Program-made: the position numbers and the translations under genes
Shown: positions 7,421 through 16,202 of the stretch, piece after piece
Layout: each line of letters opens with the position of its first letter
Position numbering within the stretch: the stretch's first letter is position 1
The notes under the pieces: generated by a model
The model's input: only the letters and a program-made list of their open reading frames with translations
Told to the model about the DNA's origin: nothing
Databases searched by the model: none
NCBI GenBank assembly: GCA_016180965.1
Contig: JACPAF010000001.1
Coordinates: 1 to 24,000 of the forward strand
DNA length: 24,000 nt
Source: Candidatus Aenigmatarchaeota archaeon
GTDB taxonomy: Archaea; Aenigmatarchaeota; Aenigmatarchaeia; JACPZZ01
Direction: 5' to 3'

Positions 7421-8635
7421 ATGGTAAATGAAACCAAGATCGTCGAATTGAAAAAGCTGATACGCATACTCAAAAAAATCAGGGGGCGCCACACGGAACT
7501 GGTTACGGTTTACGTGCCTGCAGGCTACAATCTGATAGAAATTATAAACCAGCTCAAATCCGAAGGCTCGACGACGCAGAACATAAAATCCAAATCAACA
7601 CGAAACAACGTGCTTGATGCGCTAGATAAAATAATCCAGCACCTTAGACTTTATCGTGAAACGCCGGAGAACGGGCTCGCACTTTTCGCGGGAAACGTTT
7701 CAGAAACGGAGGGGGCGCAGAAACTTGATTTATGGGCAATTGAACCTCCGGAAAAAATGCAAAATAAATTGTACTGGTGCGACCAGCAATTTGTTGTCGA
7801 ACCTCTGGAAGAAATGGTCAAGGACAAAGAAGTTTACGGCCTGTTGGCTGTGGATAAATCCGAGGCTACCATAGGGTATTTGATCGGAAAAAAGATTGTC
7901 GTGTTCAAACATATTGAATCACTTGTGCCCGGGAAGACTGCAGCTGGCGGGTGGTCGCAAGCACGTTACGACAGGATACGAGCAGGCCTGTTAAATGATT
8001 TTTTAAAGGAAGTTTCTGACGCCGCGACTCAGGCATTCCTTGGCAAAAAAGAACTTATCGGCATAATTGTCGGCGGTCCGGGTCCCGTAAAGGATGATTT
8101 CGTCAAAGACGGCTACATGCACTATGAATTGCAGAAAAAAGTCGCGGGCGTCATTGACATATCTTACACAAACGAACCTGGGTTGCATGAACTCGTAAAC
8201 AGGGCGCAAAAAATACTGGTAAGCGCTGCGGTCACGAAGGAAATAGAATTAATGAAAATGTTTTTCACAGAACTTCAGAAGGATACAGGCCTGGGAATTT
8301 ACGGCTGGGTGAAAATTAAAGAAGCGCTGGAAAACGGAATGCTCCAAAAATTAATAATATCCGAGGATTTTGATTGGCTCCGTTCTAAGTTTAAATGCGG
8401 TAGTTGCGGCAATGAGGAGACAAGGGATTATAAACCGAATGATAAACAGCTGTGTTCAAAATGCAGGATGGAGATGCGTACAGTCAGCAGTGAAGACCTA
8501 ATCGACGTTGTAATTACAACTGCTGAAGATTTCAAAACCGAATACCACATTGTTTCGTCAAGCACCAGGGAAGGCGCGCAATTAAAAGAGCTTGGCGGGA
8601 TCGGCGGGATATTGAGGTACAAGACGAAATACTAG
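7421..8635 (+). CDS. prf1: peptide chain release factor aRF1 with a GGW variant of the GGQ motif
   Basis: NIKS (7580-7591), YxCxxxF (YWCDQQF), PGKTAAGGWSQARYDRIR at the GGQ position (GGW = 7946-7954), and a C-terminal CGSC...CSKC zinc-ribbon insert. ATG 7421 is preferred over the listed GTG 7412. Confidence 0.85.
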   Translation: MVNETKIVELKKLIRILKKIRGRHTELVTVYVPAGYNLIEIINQLKSEGSTTQNIKSKSTRNNVLDALDKIIQHLRLYRETPENGLALFAGNVSETEGAQKLDLWAIEPPEKMQNKLYWCDQQFVVEPLEEMVKDKEVYGLLAVDKSEATIGYLIGKKIVVFKHIESLVPGKTAAGGWSQARYDRIRAGLLNDFLKEVSDAATQAFLGKKELIGIIVGGPGPVKDDFVKDGYMHYELQKKVAGVIDISYTNEPGLHELVNRAQKILVSAAVTKEIELMKMFFTELQKDTGLGIYGWVKIKEALENGMLQKLIISEDFDWLRSKFKCGSCGNEETRDYKPNDKQLCSKCRMEMRTVSSEDLIDVVITTAEDFKTEYHIVSSSTREGAQLKELGGIGGILRYKTKY

Positions 8636-8932
8636 GGACGTGGAAACAGGTAAAATGGATCCCGCGAAGTGCACCGGACAAAAAAATCCGCATGCATGCC
8701 ACCGCCATCTTCCGTAACAAATGCGAAATTTCTATCCCCATCGATCCGAGCATTTCTACATGATCAGGCGCATCCACATACAGCGTATTGCCCTGGAATA
8801 TTTGCGCAAGCCCATTTCCAAAATTGTTTTAGCTTCGGCTATATCAGGAAACTTTTTGGTTTTGTAGCCCATGATACCAGAATACAGGCAACCTATTTAA
8901 AACATATCCTGCTGCCCAGTGTCAAATAAAAA

Positions 8933-9391
8933 TTATTTCCGTGTCAAATCCTCGACGTGGTCCGCGGCGTTTTTTAGCGCTATTGAAAAGCCCGGCTCCG
9001 ATCCCATTACCACGGTCTCTTTACCTTTTTTCTTCGCCTTTTGTATTATCGGCAGAAAGTCCGTGTCGCGTGAAACCATTACGATGACGTCTATGTCCCT
9101 GCTGTAGGAAGCTTCCATTATTTCTGCAGCCATGTAAACGTCGATATCCTGGTCCTTCTCAACGCCCAACGCTATCAAAGGCTCAAAACCTTGGCTCGAC
9201 ACGGCTTCAATTAATTTTTCGGATGCAAACTGGTTCAAGAAAACCTTCCCGTAAATCAAGCGGCCGTATTTTTTCGCGCGCTCTCGGACCTCCTTGAGGT
9301 CGATATTAAACTCTTTCCTTATCATGTTCGGGCCGTCTATGAATACGGCTACGTTTTTTCTGTTTCCCCGGAATATGCTTCCTAAAACCAA
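8933..9391 (-). CDS. NYN-domain (LabA/DUF88-type) predicted ribonuclease
   Basis: [10 protein letters not shown]..., [10 protein letters not shown] and [27 protein letters not shown] give the NYN acidic-residue pattern. The only in-frame start upstream of the domain is TTG at 9391-9389. Confidence 0.7.
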   Translation of the reverse strand: MVLGSIFRGNRKNVAVFIDGPNMIRKEFNIDLKEVRERAKKYGRLIYGKVFLNQFASEKLIEAVSSQGFEPLIALGVEKDQDIDVYMAAEIMEASYSRDIDVIVMVSRDTDFLPIIQKAKKKGKETVVMGSEPGFSIALKNAADHVEDLTRK

Positions 9392-9464
9392 AATATCGCC
9401 CGAAATTAATCTATGATACCGAAGTTAAATATGCTAACCGGCCCGTTTGAACCCATTCGTCAAA

Positions 9465-10247
9465 TTAAGCCGTTTTAATGTCATGTGCGTCTATCGGCAG
9501 GTTGAAAGCACGTATGGCGTTTTTGGTTGTGGCTTCGTCCGACTCTGCGATTTTTATACCTTTTTGCGACGCGATGCTTTCTACGACTAAACGCACATTC
9601 TTCGGCACATTATCTTGCCCGTGAACGGGGTTAAGAAAAGGCGAGTCCGTTTCCGTCAATAACAAATCCAAAGGCATTTGTTTTGCGATTCTTTTGTGCT
9701 TGTTTGAACGGACAATCAACGTAGGTATCGATGCGAACCATTTGTTTTCCGCCACACGCGCAGCGAAAAGCTCTGCCCCGAAACAATGCATAATGACTTT
9801 TTTTGCGTCGTTATTTTCCAAAATCACAATTGCTTCTCCGTTGTCCTCGCGTGAATGAATAACTAAAGGTTTGTTAAGCTCTTTAGCCAGCTCTATGAAT
9901 TGTACGAAAACGTCGCGGCATTTTTGGCGGTCCGGTTCATTTTTAACGTGAAAGTTGTCTATCCCGACTTCGCCTATTGCGATTATTTTTTCCGAGTTTG
10001 CTTTAATAAATTCTATATGGGAGTCGATTTGCCGCGCGCTAAGTTTGGGTATCTCCTCCGGGTGCAAACCTATACACGAAAAAATAAAATTTGGGTAATT
10101 CTCGGCCAGCTTGATCGATTTTTCCGAATCTCCTATGGATGGCGCGCTGTCAATAACTGCGTCCATAGATTTCATTGAATCTTTAACTATCTCACCGCGC
10201 CTGTTGTCAAAGTTTGAAAACGTCAGATGGCAATGCGCGTCTATCAT
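9465..10247 (-). CDS. tatD: TatD-family metal-dependent hydrolase/DNase
   Basis: MIDAHCHL at the N-terminus, plus the later GEVGID, HSRE, MHCF and TETDSPF motifs of the TatD family. Its ATG overlaps the upstream gene's TGA as ATGA (10244-10247). Confidence 0.85.
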   Translation of the reverse strand: MIDAHCHLTFSNFDNRRGEIVKDSMKSMDAVIDSAPSIGDSEKSIKLAENYPNFIFSCIGLHPEEIPKLSARQIDSHIEFIKANSEKIIAIGEVGIDNFHVKNEPDRQKCRDVFVQFIELAKELNKPLVIHSREDNGEAIVILENNDAKKVIMHCFGAELFAARVAENKWFASIPTLIVRSNKHKRIAKQMPLDLLLTETDSPFLNPVHGQDNVPKNVRLVVESIASQKGIKIAESDEATTKNAIRAFNLPIDAHDIKTA

Positions 10248-10855
10248 GCTGATAACCTCGAAACTATCACACGATAACCGCCGCTTTTTTTGACGTAATC
10301 CTGGTTACCGAAAACTTCCTTCATCCGTTTCGCTATAGATTTTGCGCCTTGTTTTGTTTGCACGACCAGGTACAGATAACCACCGGGAATCAAATGATCG
10401 ACGGCGCCTTCGATAATTTTGTTAACCACAATCCTCCCTGCCCGTATTGGGGGGTTGCAGATTATCTTGTCAAATTTCCCTGCTTCCAGTCCATCGTACA
10501 AGTCGCATTGTACAACTTCCACATTACGCAACCCGTTCAATTTTACGTTAATTTTCGCAAGCTCAACTGCACGTTCGTTTATGTCTGTCATCAATACGCT
10601 ATTGGCGTGTTTGGAAAAGGCAATCCCGATCACCCCGTAACCGCAGCCCAAGTCCAGAATTCTGTCACCTTTTGAAACGGCGATTGATTCTACTAAAAGC
10701 AATGTTCCTCGGTCGACTTTATACTTGGAAAATACACCGCTTGCGGTTGTGAACCTGTAATTTGTCCCGTTGATCAGGGCTGTTATTATCTGTGTGTATT
10801 TTTTCGAACTTGGCGATGCGCTGAAATAGTGTTCCACTCTAAAATTATCGTACAT
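10244..10855 (-). CDS. class I SAM-dependent methyltransferase (RsmC/MJ0882-like small-domain type)
   Basis: ILDLGCGYGVIG (motif I) and CNPPIRAG (an NPPY-type motif IV). The size and layout match the archaeal MJ0882-like family. Confidence 0.7.
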   Translation of the reverse strand: MYDNFRVEHYFSASPSSKKYTQIITALINGTNYRFTTASGVFSKYKVDRGTLLLVESIAVSKGDRILDLGCGYGVIGIAFSKHANSVLMTDINERAVELAKINVKLNGLRNVEVVQCDLYDGLEAGKFDKIICNPPIRAGRIVVNKIIEGAVDHLIPGGYLYLVVQTKQGAKSIAKRMKEVFGNQDYVKKSGGYRVIVSRLSA

Positions 10856-10879
10856 ATTAATAGTTATCCTTGATTACTG

Positions 10880-13800
10880 ATGCATATGTCCGGCTGGTCC
10901 GCGGGAATTATTTCGTTCTTAATCATCCTTATTATAACCCCTGCACTGCTGTTGTCAAATGTGTCGGCCAACGAAAAAACCTCCAATGGAGAAAAAGAAA
11001 GCCAAAAGGGCGTATTCGCTCCCGGTTCCGGTGTCACTGCGCGGATACTACCTATAAAATCTGAATATTCGACTGCTCCTTCAAATACACCCGGCAGAAC
11101 ACAAAAACCAGTTGTTTTGTCGCAACAGGCCGCATGGGACGAAAACGATGAATATCACCACAGGTCGCACGCGCAATCCGTAATAGAGGCGAACAAAAAC
11201 CTTCTCGGAATAGGCGAAGAGAATATACGGCTTGTCAGCGGCAATTACGATGGTCCTTCTTATGCGAACCACAATTCGGGCACTTCTTATGTATTTTACG
11301 AGCAGATGCACAACGGCATTCCGATTTACGGCAGCTACATAGGCTTGATTTCGGTCAACGGCGAAGATGTGCTGATAAAATCCAACGTTTATCCCGGCAT
11401 TTCCGTTGGAACGGAACCATCGATAAACGCGGATGATGCTGTAAAACTTGCACAAACAAACCTAGGAACGGACTCCGATCCGCTAAATTATTCCCTGATG
11501 ATATTCCCCGTAAATTATGAAAAAAACGACTATGTACTGGCGTGGAAGATCCAGTTTTCAACGCTACATCCGCCGGCCGCATGGGAAATTTTTGTCGACG
11601 CCCAAAAAAGAAAAGTTATTTTCAAGCAAAACAGGATATTGGACTTATCAGTGTCCGGCAATGTTATAGGTTTCGTCTACCCTGAAAATCCCTCAAGGCC
11701 AAAGGCCGTGGTAAACTTTTCCGGATTGAATGTAAGCGCTTTCCAAAACGGCAAAATTGTCGGGTCTTCAATAACAAATGCAAACGGGTCGTATAATATT
11801 ACCGGCGTTTCAGGCGATGTATACGTAATTTCAGAATTGAACGGTCCGTTCGTAAACGTAATTAATGAGGACCAATCAAAGGCTAACCACAGCCTACTTG
11901 TAAGTACGCCTTCTGTCCATAACTGGAATTGGAGCGCCAATGACACGTCATACAAACAGGAAGAATCGAATGTTTTCTACCATGTCAACCGCATACACGA
12001 TTTCATAACAAAAGGCAGCCCGTTCGACATATCCCAGATGAATTACCAGGTTCCCGCCAATGTCGAATACGGATCGTCTTCGTGCAACGCATTCGCAGAT
12101 CCGAATGCGGGATCAATAAACTTTTTCGGCCCGGACGGGGGTTGCGAGGCGACTTCGCTGGGAAGCGACGTGATTTACCATGAATACACCCACTTGGTCA
12201 TTGACAAAGTCATGAACATCTTAGACCCGTCTCCCGATGAGAACGGAGGATCGATCCACGAGGGTGTAGCGGATTATTTCTCGGCCACATTAAGAAATGA
12301 TTCTGTGATAGGAAACGAAATTTTGCCAGAATCATCAATAAGATACCTTAACAACAGCCTGAAGATGCCGGAAGATTTCAGTGAGGAGGTCCATGACGAC
12401 GGCAGGATAATTGCCGGCGCTTTGTGGGATCTTAGAGGATTGTTAGGCAACAGCACAGCGGATAACCTTACAATACGGACAATGAAACTACGGGGGCAGA
12501 CATTCACACAGTTCCTCGCCGACATGTTCATTGCCGACGACAACAATGGAAACCTTGCAGACGGAACTCCTCACACAAGCGAAATTTGCAGGGCTTTCTA
12601 CGTCAACCATGGAATATTCAATTCATACTGCCCCGTCACACCTATCTACGGAAAACCGGGAGACAAAATATATTTGCTGGAGAACAACACACCGACGATT
12701 ATCAACGATTATCCGCTACCGGGCAATTCCAGTTCCATAACCGTTCCAAACCAATTGTCCGGTAATGTTAGCAACATCTCAGTGTTCGTGGGAATAAATC
12801 ACACATACATAGGCGATTTGAAAATACAGCTCCAATCGCCTTCCGGAAAGTCCATATTTCTCCATTACCTCACAGGAGGCCCTACAAATAATTTGTTCAC
12901 GTGGTACGGCAACGAAACGGTTCCAAAAACACCGGAGGGGTTGCATCAATTTCTTAACGAGCCTGCCAATGGAACTTGGCTGCTGAAAGTTGCAGATCAC
13001 GCCGAAGTGGATACGGGCACAATAACAAAATGGAAGCTATTAATTACGGTGAATATGCTCACACCGCGATGGTCTCTGAATAATTCCTACCTGCATGAAA
13101 CTTATGAAGCAAAACAAAATTACAGTTTCAAGATCGCCTGGAACGATACGGAAGGCGACGGCCCGTCAGCAATATCGCAAGCGGTTTTCGAGCTCAACTC
13201 CATGAATTATACCAAATACACCTCGCCTGCCGTGGCCAACGATTCCCAGGGAATTTTTTGGATAAACTTGACTGACCTGTCCGCTGGTTTGTATTCGTAC
13301 AAATGGTACGCCAACAACACTCTCGGTATGTGGAACTCCACAGCATCACTCCAGTTTTCGGTACACAAGCAGCCGACAAACACGACACTCTTGCTTAACA
13401 GCACACCAGGCGATTTCGCATACAACATTTCAACGTTTGCGAATTTCACAGCTTTTGTAAACGTGACCGGAAAAAACGTGACCCTGACCTCTGATATTCC
13501 GGGATGGCTGGACCAGAACGCCACCGACAAATTATACAACACTACACTGCTGGTTAAAAAAGGCGCATACAACATAACCGCATATTTTGCCGGCGACCAG
13601 AATTATTCCGAATCCTTACAAACCCATTTCGCCATAATAAAAAATACGCAAGCGCCGTTAATTTTGGGCAATTTCAGCCTGCCAGAAAGCGGCGCGGATT
13701 ACAATCCAACCAGAAATTATACGTTTAACGTGACCGCAGAAGATGATATTGGAATAGAAAACGTAATATTTCAATTCGACCTGTTGAATTACACGGCGTC

Positions 13801-15445
13801 CGTTTATTCAACTGGGTCTGCGCCACCCTTGAAATCCGGAAACTGGTCGGTCACGCTGCACGGCTTGGGCGCCAATGAATCCGGCCACAAACTAATCTGG
13901 TACGTAAACGATTCGTACGATAACTGGAACAGGACCGGAGAAATTAATTACGCGATAAAGAAAAACACTTCCGCGTACACAATAATAAGATTAAATAAAA
14001 CTCCTTCCGATGACAGCGAAACATTCGATTTCGAAGTCGGCGAACCTTTTTACATATACGTTTCAGCATCGGACCCGGCGATAACATTCAACATATATGA
14101 AAATTTATCCACCCCGGACACGCCAGAACTTGCAATTTCCCAGAATGGGATCCTTGAAGCCGATACCTACATATCTTCCGCGGGCGGTTATCATGTTTGG
14201 ATAAACTCTTCTGAAAATGAAAATTATACTGCAAACAACACGCTTTCGCACATCTTCATCAGGTCTAAAGACACCATTACTCCCAGATTAACAGAGTCGA
14301 TAATAGCACCAAGATCCATCAAAAGAAATTCAAACGTGACTTTCATGACAATCTCGGAAGATTACAGCGACACAAACGCATCCGTCAACATATACAATAA
14401 AACCAACCCAAGCTCGATGCGTGTATACATGGGCCAAATAACTTGGAAAGGCAATACGCTAACAAACCTGATAACTTTCAATTCTTCAATACTAGAAACG
14501 GGCACATTTTATGTAAACGTATCGCTTACGGACGCAAGCGGAAATTCTGCAAACTATTCCATCGGGAATATTACGGTATCAGATTCTGTGGGGTCAAACT
14601 ATTACAGCAACACGTACCTGCCAATCGAGGAAAAAATAGAACTCAATCTTTCTTCGGAGTTGAACATATCACTTAACATAAGTTCAAGTTCTTCAGGATC
14701 CACGGACTCTCTTGTCGTATCTTCTTACAATACAAATCCCTCCAATGATAACACAAATGGTGTTGCAATAAACAAGTTTTCGGAAATATCCGCGGGAGGT
14801 TTCCTATCAGATGTGTTAAACTGGGTTGAGATGAGAATATTTTATTCCTCTTCTGATATACCGGCGGGCTATGACGAGAACAATTTAAGAATCTATTACA
14901 ACCATCCCAACGGAACTTGGCTGCCGTATGAAGGTTCCGGTTCGGGCGGTGTTAATACAACCGAAAAATATGTTTGGGCAAATTCCACGCATTTCAGTAT
15001 TTACGGTGTTTTCGTGATGCCAACATGCAGCGACGGCATACAAAACCAAGACGAAAGCGGGGCAGATTGCGGCGGAACATGTTCGGCGTGCGCGTCTTCG
15101 GCTCCTCACATAAGCGGCGGAGGGGGTGGCGGAGGCGGATCTTCTATAACCACGACGACAACTACGACCACATCAACAACCACAACTGCTGCGACTGTTT
15201 CGGTCAAAAAAAATAATGAAACCGCAATTCCAAACATTACACAACCCGATTCAAAGGCGACTAACTCCACAAAAAACCAGGCTAACCTGAACAACAGCAT
15301 TACAGGTGCGGTTACATCCAGAACAAACAGCTATCTGGCCCCGATAGCAGTAATAGGATTGGCTTTAATCGCAATAATTGCATTCAAAAAATTAATCGGC
15401 CATAAAAAACCAAAATCCGCTGGGAAAAAATTAAAATTTAAATAA
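10880..15445 (+). CDS. large surface-anchored zinc metalloprotease (fungalysin M36/thermolysin-like) with a proprotein-convertase P-domain and a sequon-rich repeat region
   Basis: N-terminal signal peptide (IISFLIILIITPALLLSNVSA). FTP/PepSY-like propeptide (YEQMHNGIPIYGSY...). FYHVNRIHDF...NAFADP...HEYTH (12179-12193) with a downstream HEGVADYFSA. P-domain (about 12737-13051; NHTYIGDLKIQLQSPSGK...GTWLLKVADHAEVDTGTITKWKL). Then about 600 aa dense in N-x-S/T. Cys module CSDGIQNQDESGADCGGTCSAC, a Gly8 run, a Thr-rich linker, and a C-terminal TM segment with a basic tail. Confidence 0.75.
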   Translation: MHMSGWSAGIISFLIILIITPALLLSNVSANEKTSNGEKESQKGVFAPGSGVTARILPIKSEYSTAPSNTPGRTQKPVVLSQQAAWDENDEYHHRSHAQSVIEANKNLLGIGEENIRLVSGNYDGPSYANHNSGTSYVFYEQMHNGIPIYGSYIGLISVNGEDVLIKSNVYPGISVGTEPSINADDAVKLAQTNLGTDSDPLNYSLMIFPVNYEKNDYVLAWKIQFSTLHPPAAWEIFVDAQKRKVIFKQNRILDLSVSGNVIGFVYPENPSRPKAVVNFSGLNVSAFQNGKIVGSSITNANGSYNITGVSGDVYVISELNGPFVNVINEDQSKANHSLLVSTPSVHNWNWSANDTSYKQEESNVFYHVNRIHDFITKGSPFDISQMNYQVPANVEYGSSSCNAFADPNAGSINFFGPDGGCEATSLGSDVIYHEYTHLVIDKVMNILDPSPDENGGSIHEGVADYFSATLRNDSVIGNEILPESSIRYLNNSLKMPEDFSEEVHDDGRIIAGALWDLRGLLGNSTADNLTIRTMKLRGQTFTQFLADMFIADDNNGNLADGTPHTSEICRAFYVNHGIFNSYCPVTPIYGKPGDKIYLLENNTPTIINDYPLPGNSSSITVPNQLSGNVSNISVFVGINHTYIGDLKIQLQSPSGKSIFLHYLTGGPTNNLFTWYGNETVPKTPEGLHQFLNEPANGTWLLKVADHAEVDTGTITKWKLLITVNMLTPRWSLNNSYLHETYEAKQNYSFKIAWNDTEGDGPSAISQAVFELNSMNYTKYTSPAVANDSQGIFWINLTDLSAGLYSYKWYANNTLGMWNSTASLQFSVHKQPTNTTLLLNSTPGDFAYNISTFANFTAFVNVTGKNVTLTSDIPGWLDQNATDKLYNTTLLVKKGAYNITAYFAGDQNYSESLQTHFAIIKNTQAPLILGNFSLPESGADYNPTRNYTFNVTAEDDIGIENVIFQFDLLNYTASVYSTGSAPPLKSGNWSVTLHGLGANESGHKLIWYVNDSYDNWNRTGEINYAIKKNTSAYTIIRLNKTPSDDSETFDFEVGEPFYIYVSASDPAITFNIYENLSTPDTPELAISQNGILEADTYISSAGGYHVWINSSENENYTANNTLSHIFIRSKDTITPRLTESIIAPRSIKRNSNVTFMTISEDYSDTNASVNIYNKTNPSSMRVYMGQITWKGNTLTNLITFNSSILETGTFYVNVSLTDASGNSANYSIGNITVSDSVGSNYYSNTYLPIEEKIELNLSSELNISLNISSSSSGSTDSLVVSSYNTNPSNDNTNGVAINKFSEISAGGFLSDVLNWVEMRIFYSSSDIPAGYDENNLRIYYNHPNGTWLPYEGSGSGGVNTTEKYVWANSTHFSIYGVFVMPTCSDGIQNQDESGADCGGTCSACASSAPHISGGGGGGGGSSITTTTTTTTSTTTTAATVSVKKNNETAIPNITQPDSKATNSTKNQANLNNSITGAVTSRTNSYLAPIAVIGLALIAIIAFKKLIGHKKPKSAGKKLKFK

Positions 15446-15454
15446 AATTCTAAA

Positions 15455-15844
15455 TCACTTTTTCTGCTCGACCAGAACAGCATTCACGACACCGGAACGG
15501 CTTGGTCTCGACGTAACACGCGCCTTTCCGGCTTCCGTGTTTACCGTAGAACCCCGAGTTATTATGTTTCTCCTAATGAAGTTCGGGTTCGAGGGGCTTT
15601 CAACAACTGTCAATATCCTGACTTTTTTTGTCTTTCCAGTGGACGGGTCTGTAACATTGGCCATGTTTGTTGACAATGTAACGTAACTAACAGCTCCGCC
15701 TATGGATCTTTTGGTCTTTCTAACGAGTTCGCCGAGCCTGGTGAACAACGGTTCCGGTCTTCGGTCGCTTCTTGTTTTCTTGCCTAACCGATTGAGTTTA
15801 CCGCCGGTCGGTTTCCTGTGCGGCCTAAGGTTCCATTTCGTCAT
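15455..15844 (-). CDS. rps8e: 30S ribosomal protein S8e
   Basis: MTKWNLRPHRKPTGGK..., TGKTKKVRILTVVESPSNPNFIRRNIITRG and GKARVTSRPSRSGVVNAVLV match the eS8 family pattern. Confidence 0.9.
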   Translation of the reverse strand: MTKWNLRPHRKPTGGKLNRLGKKTRSDRRPEPLFTRLGELVRKTKRSIGGAVSYVTLSTNMANVTDPSTGKTKKVRILTVVESPSNPNFIRRNIITRGSTVNTEAGKARVTSRPSRSGVVNAVLVEQKK

Positions 15845-15939
15845 TCAGATCTCACCATAATTTAGAGTATGCATATTAATTACTTAGGAGAATAAGCAGA
15901 TTTATAAGCATCACTATTTTATATTACATGGGGAATTAA

Positions 15940-16176
15940 ATGGGCGACAATGATTCATCTAGCAGGCCGTTCAACGAGTTGGACCAGGCCAAAGGAAAAC
16001 GAGTAATAATCAAATTGAAGGGCGGCGAGGAAATCAACGGTATTTTGAAATCTTTCGACCAGCACCTGAACATATGGCTCGAGGACGCGGATGAAAATTC
16101 TGCGCAGAAGAGCAGAAAACTGGGCGATGTGCTGGTGCGCGGGGACAACATCATTTTGATATCGCCCTCCAAGTGA
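15940..16176 (+). CDS. archaeal Sm-like (LSm) protein
   Basis: Sm1/Sm2 motifs: KRVIIKLKGGEEINGILKSFDQHLNIWLEDA ... VLVRGDNIILISP. It sits immediately upstream of L37e, the pairing I remember as common in archaea. Confidence 0.85.
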   Translation: MGDNDSSSRPFNELDQAKGKRVIIKLKGGEEINGILKSFDQHLNIWLEDADENSAQKSRKLGDVLVRGDNIILISPSK

Positions 16177-16202
16177 TGGGCTAGATTCTTTCGGTGAATT
16201 AA

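Noticed and set aside
8669-8929. The 86-aa plus-strand ORF in the aRF1/NYN gap, and the idea that the gap holds SRP RNA or RNase P RNA.
   Set aside because: The ORF translation (His/Pro/Ser-rich, no motif, no upstream promoter-like element) is unconvincing. I found none of the conserved RNase P blocks (GGAAAGTCC-type CR-I, ACAGAA-type CR-V) and no SRP helix-8-like elements on either strand. The region is kept only as a low-interest finding.
15115-15190. The G-rich and ACN-repeat tract (ggcggagggggtggcggaggcgga, then accacgacgacaactacgaccaca...) as a possible simple-sequence repeat or G-quadruplex element.
   Set aside because: It is in frame within the large protease gene, and it encodes the Gly8 run and the Thr-rich stalk. 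That is coding low-complexity sequence, not an independent repeat feature.
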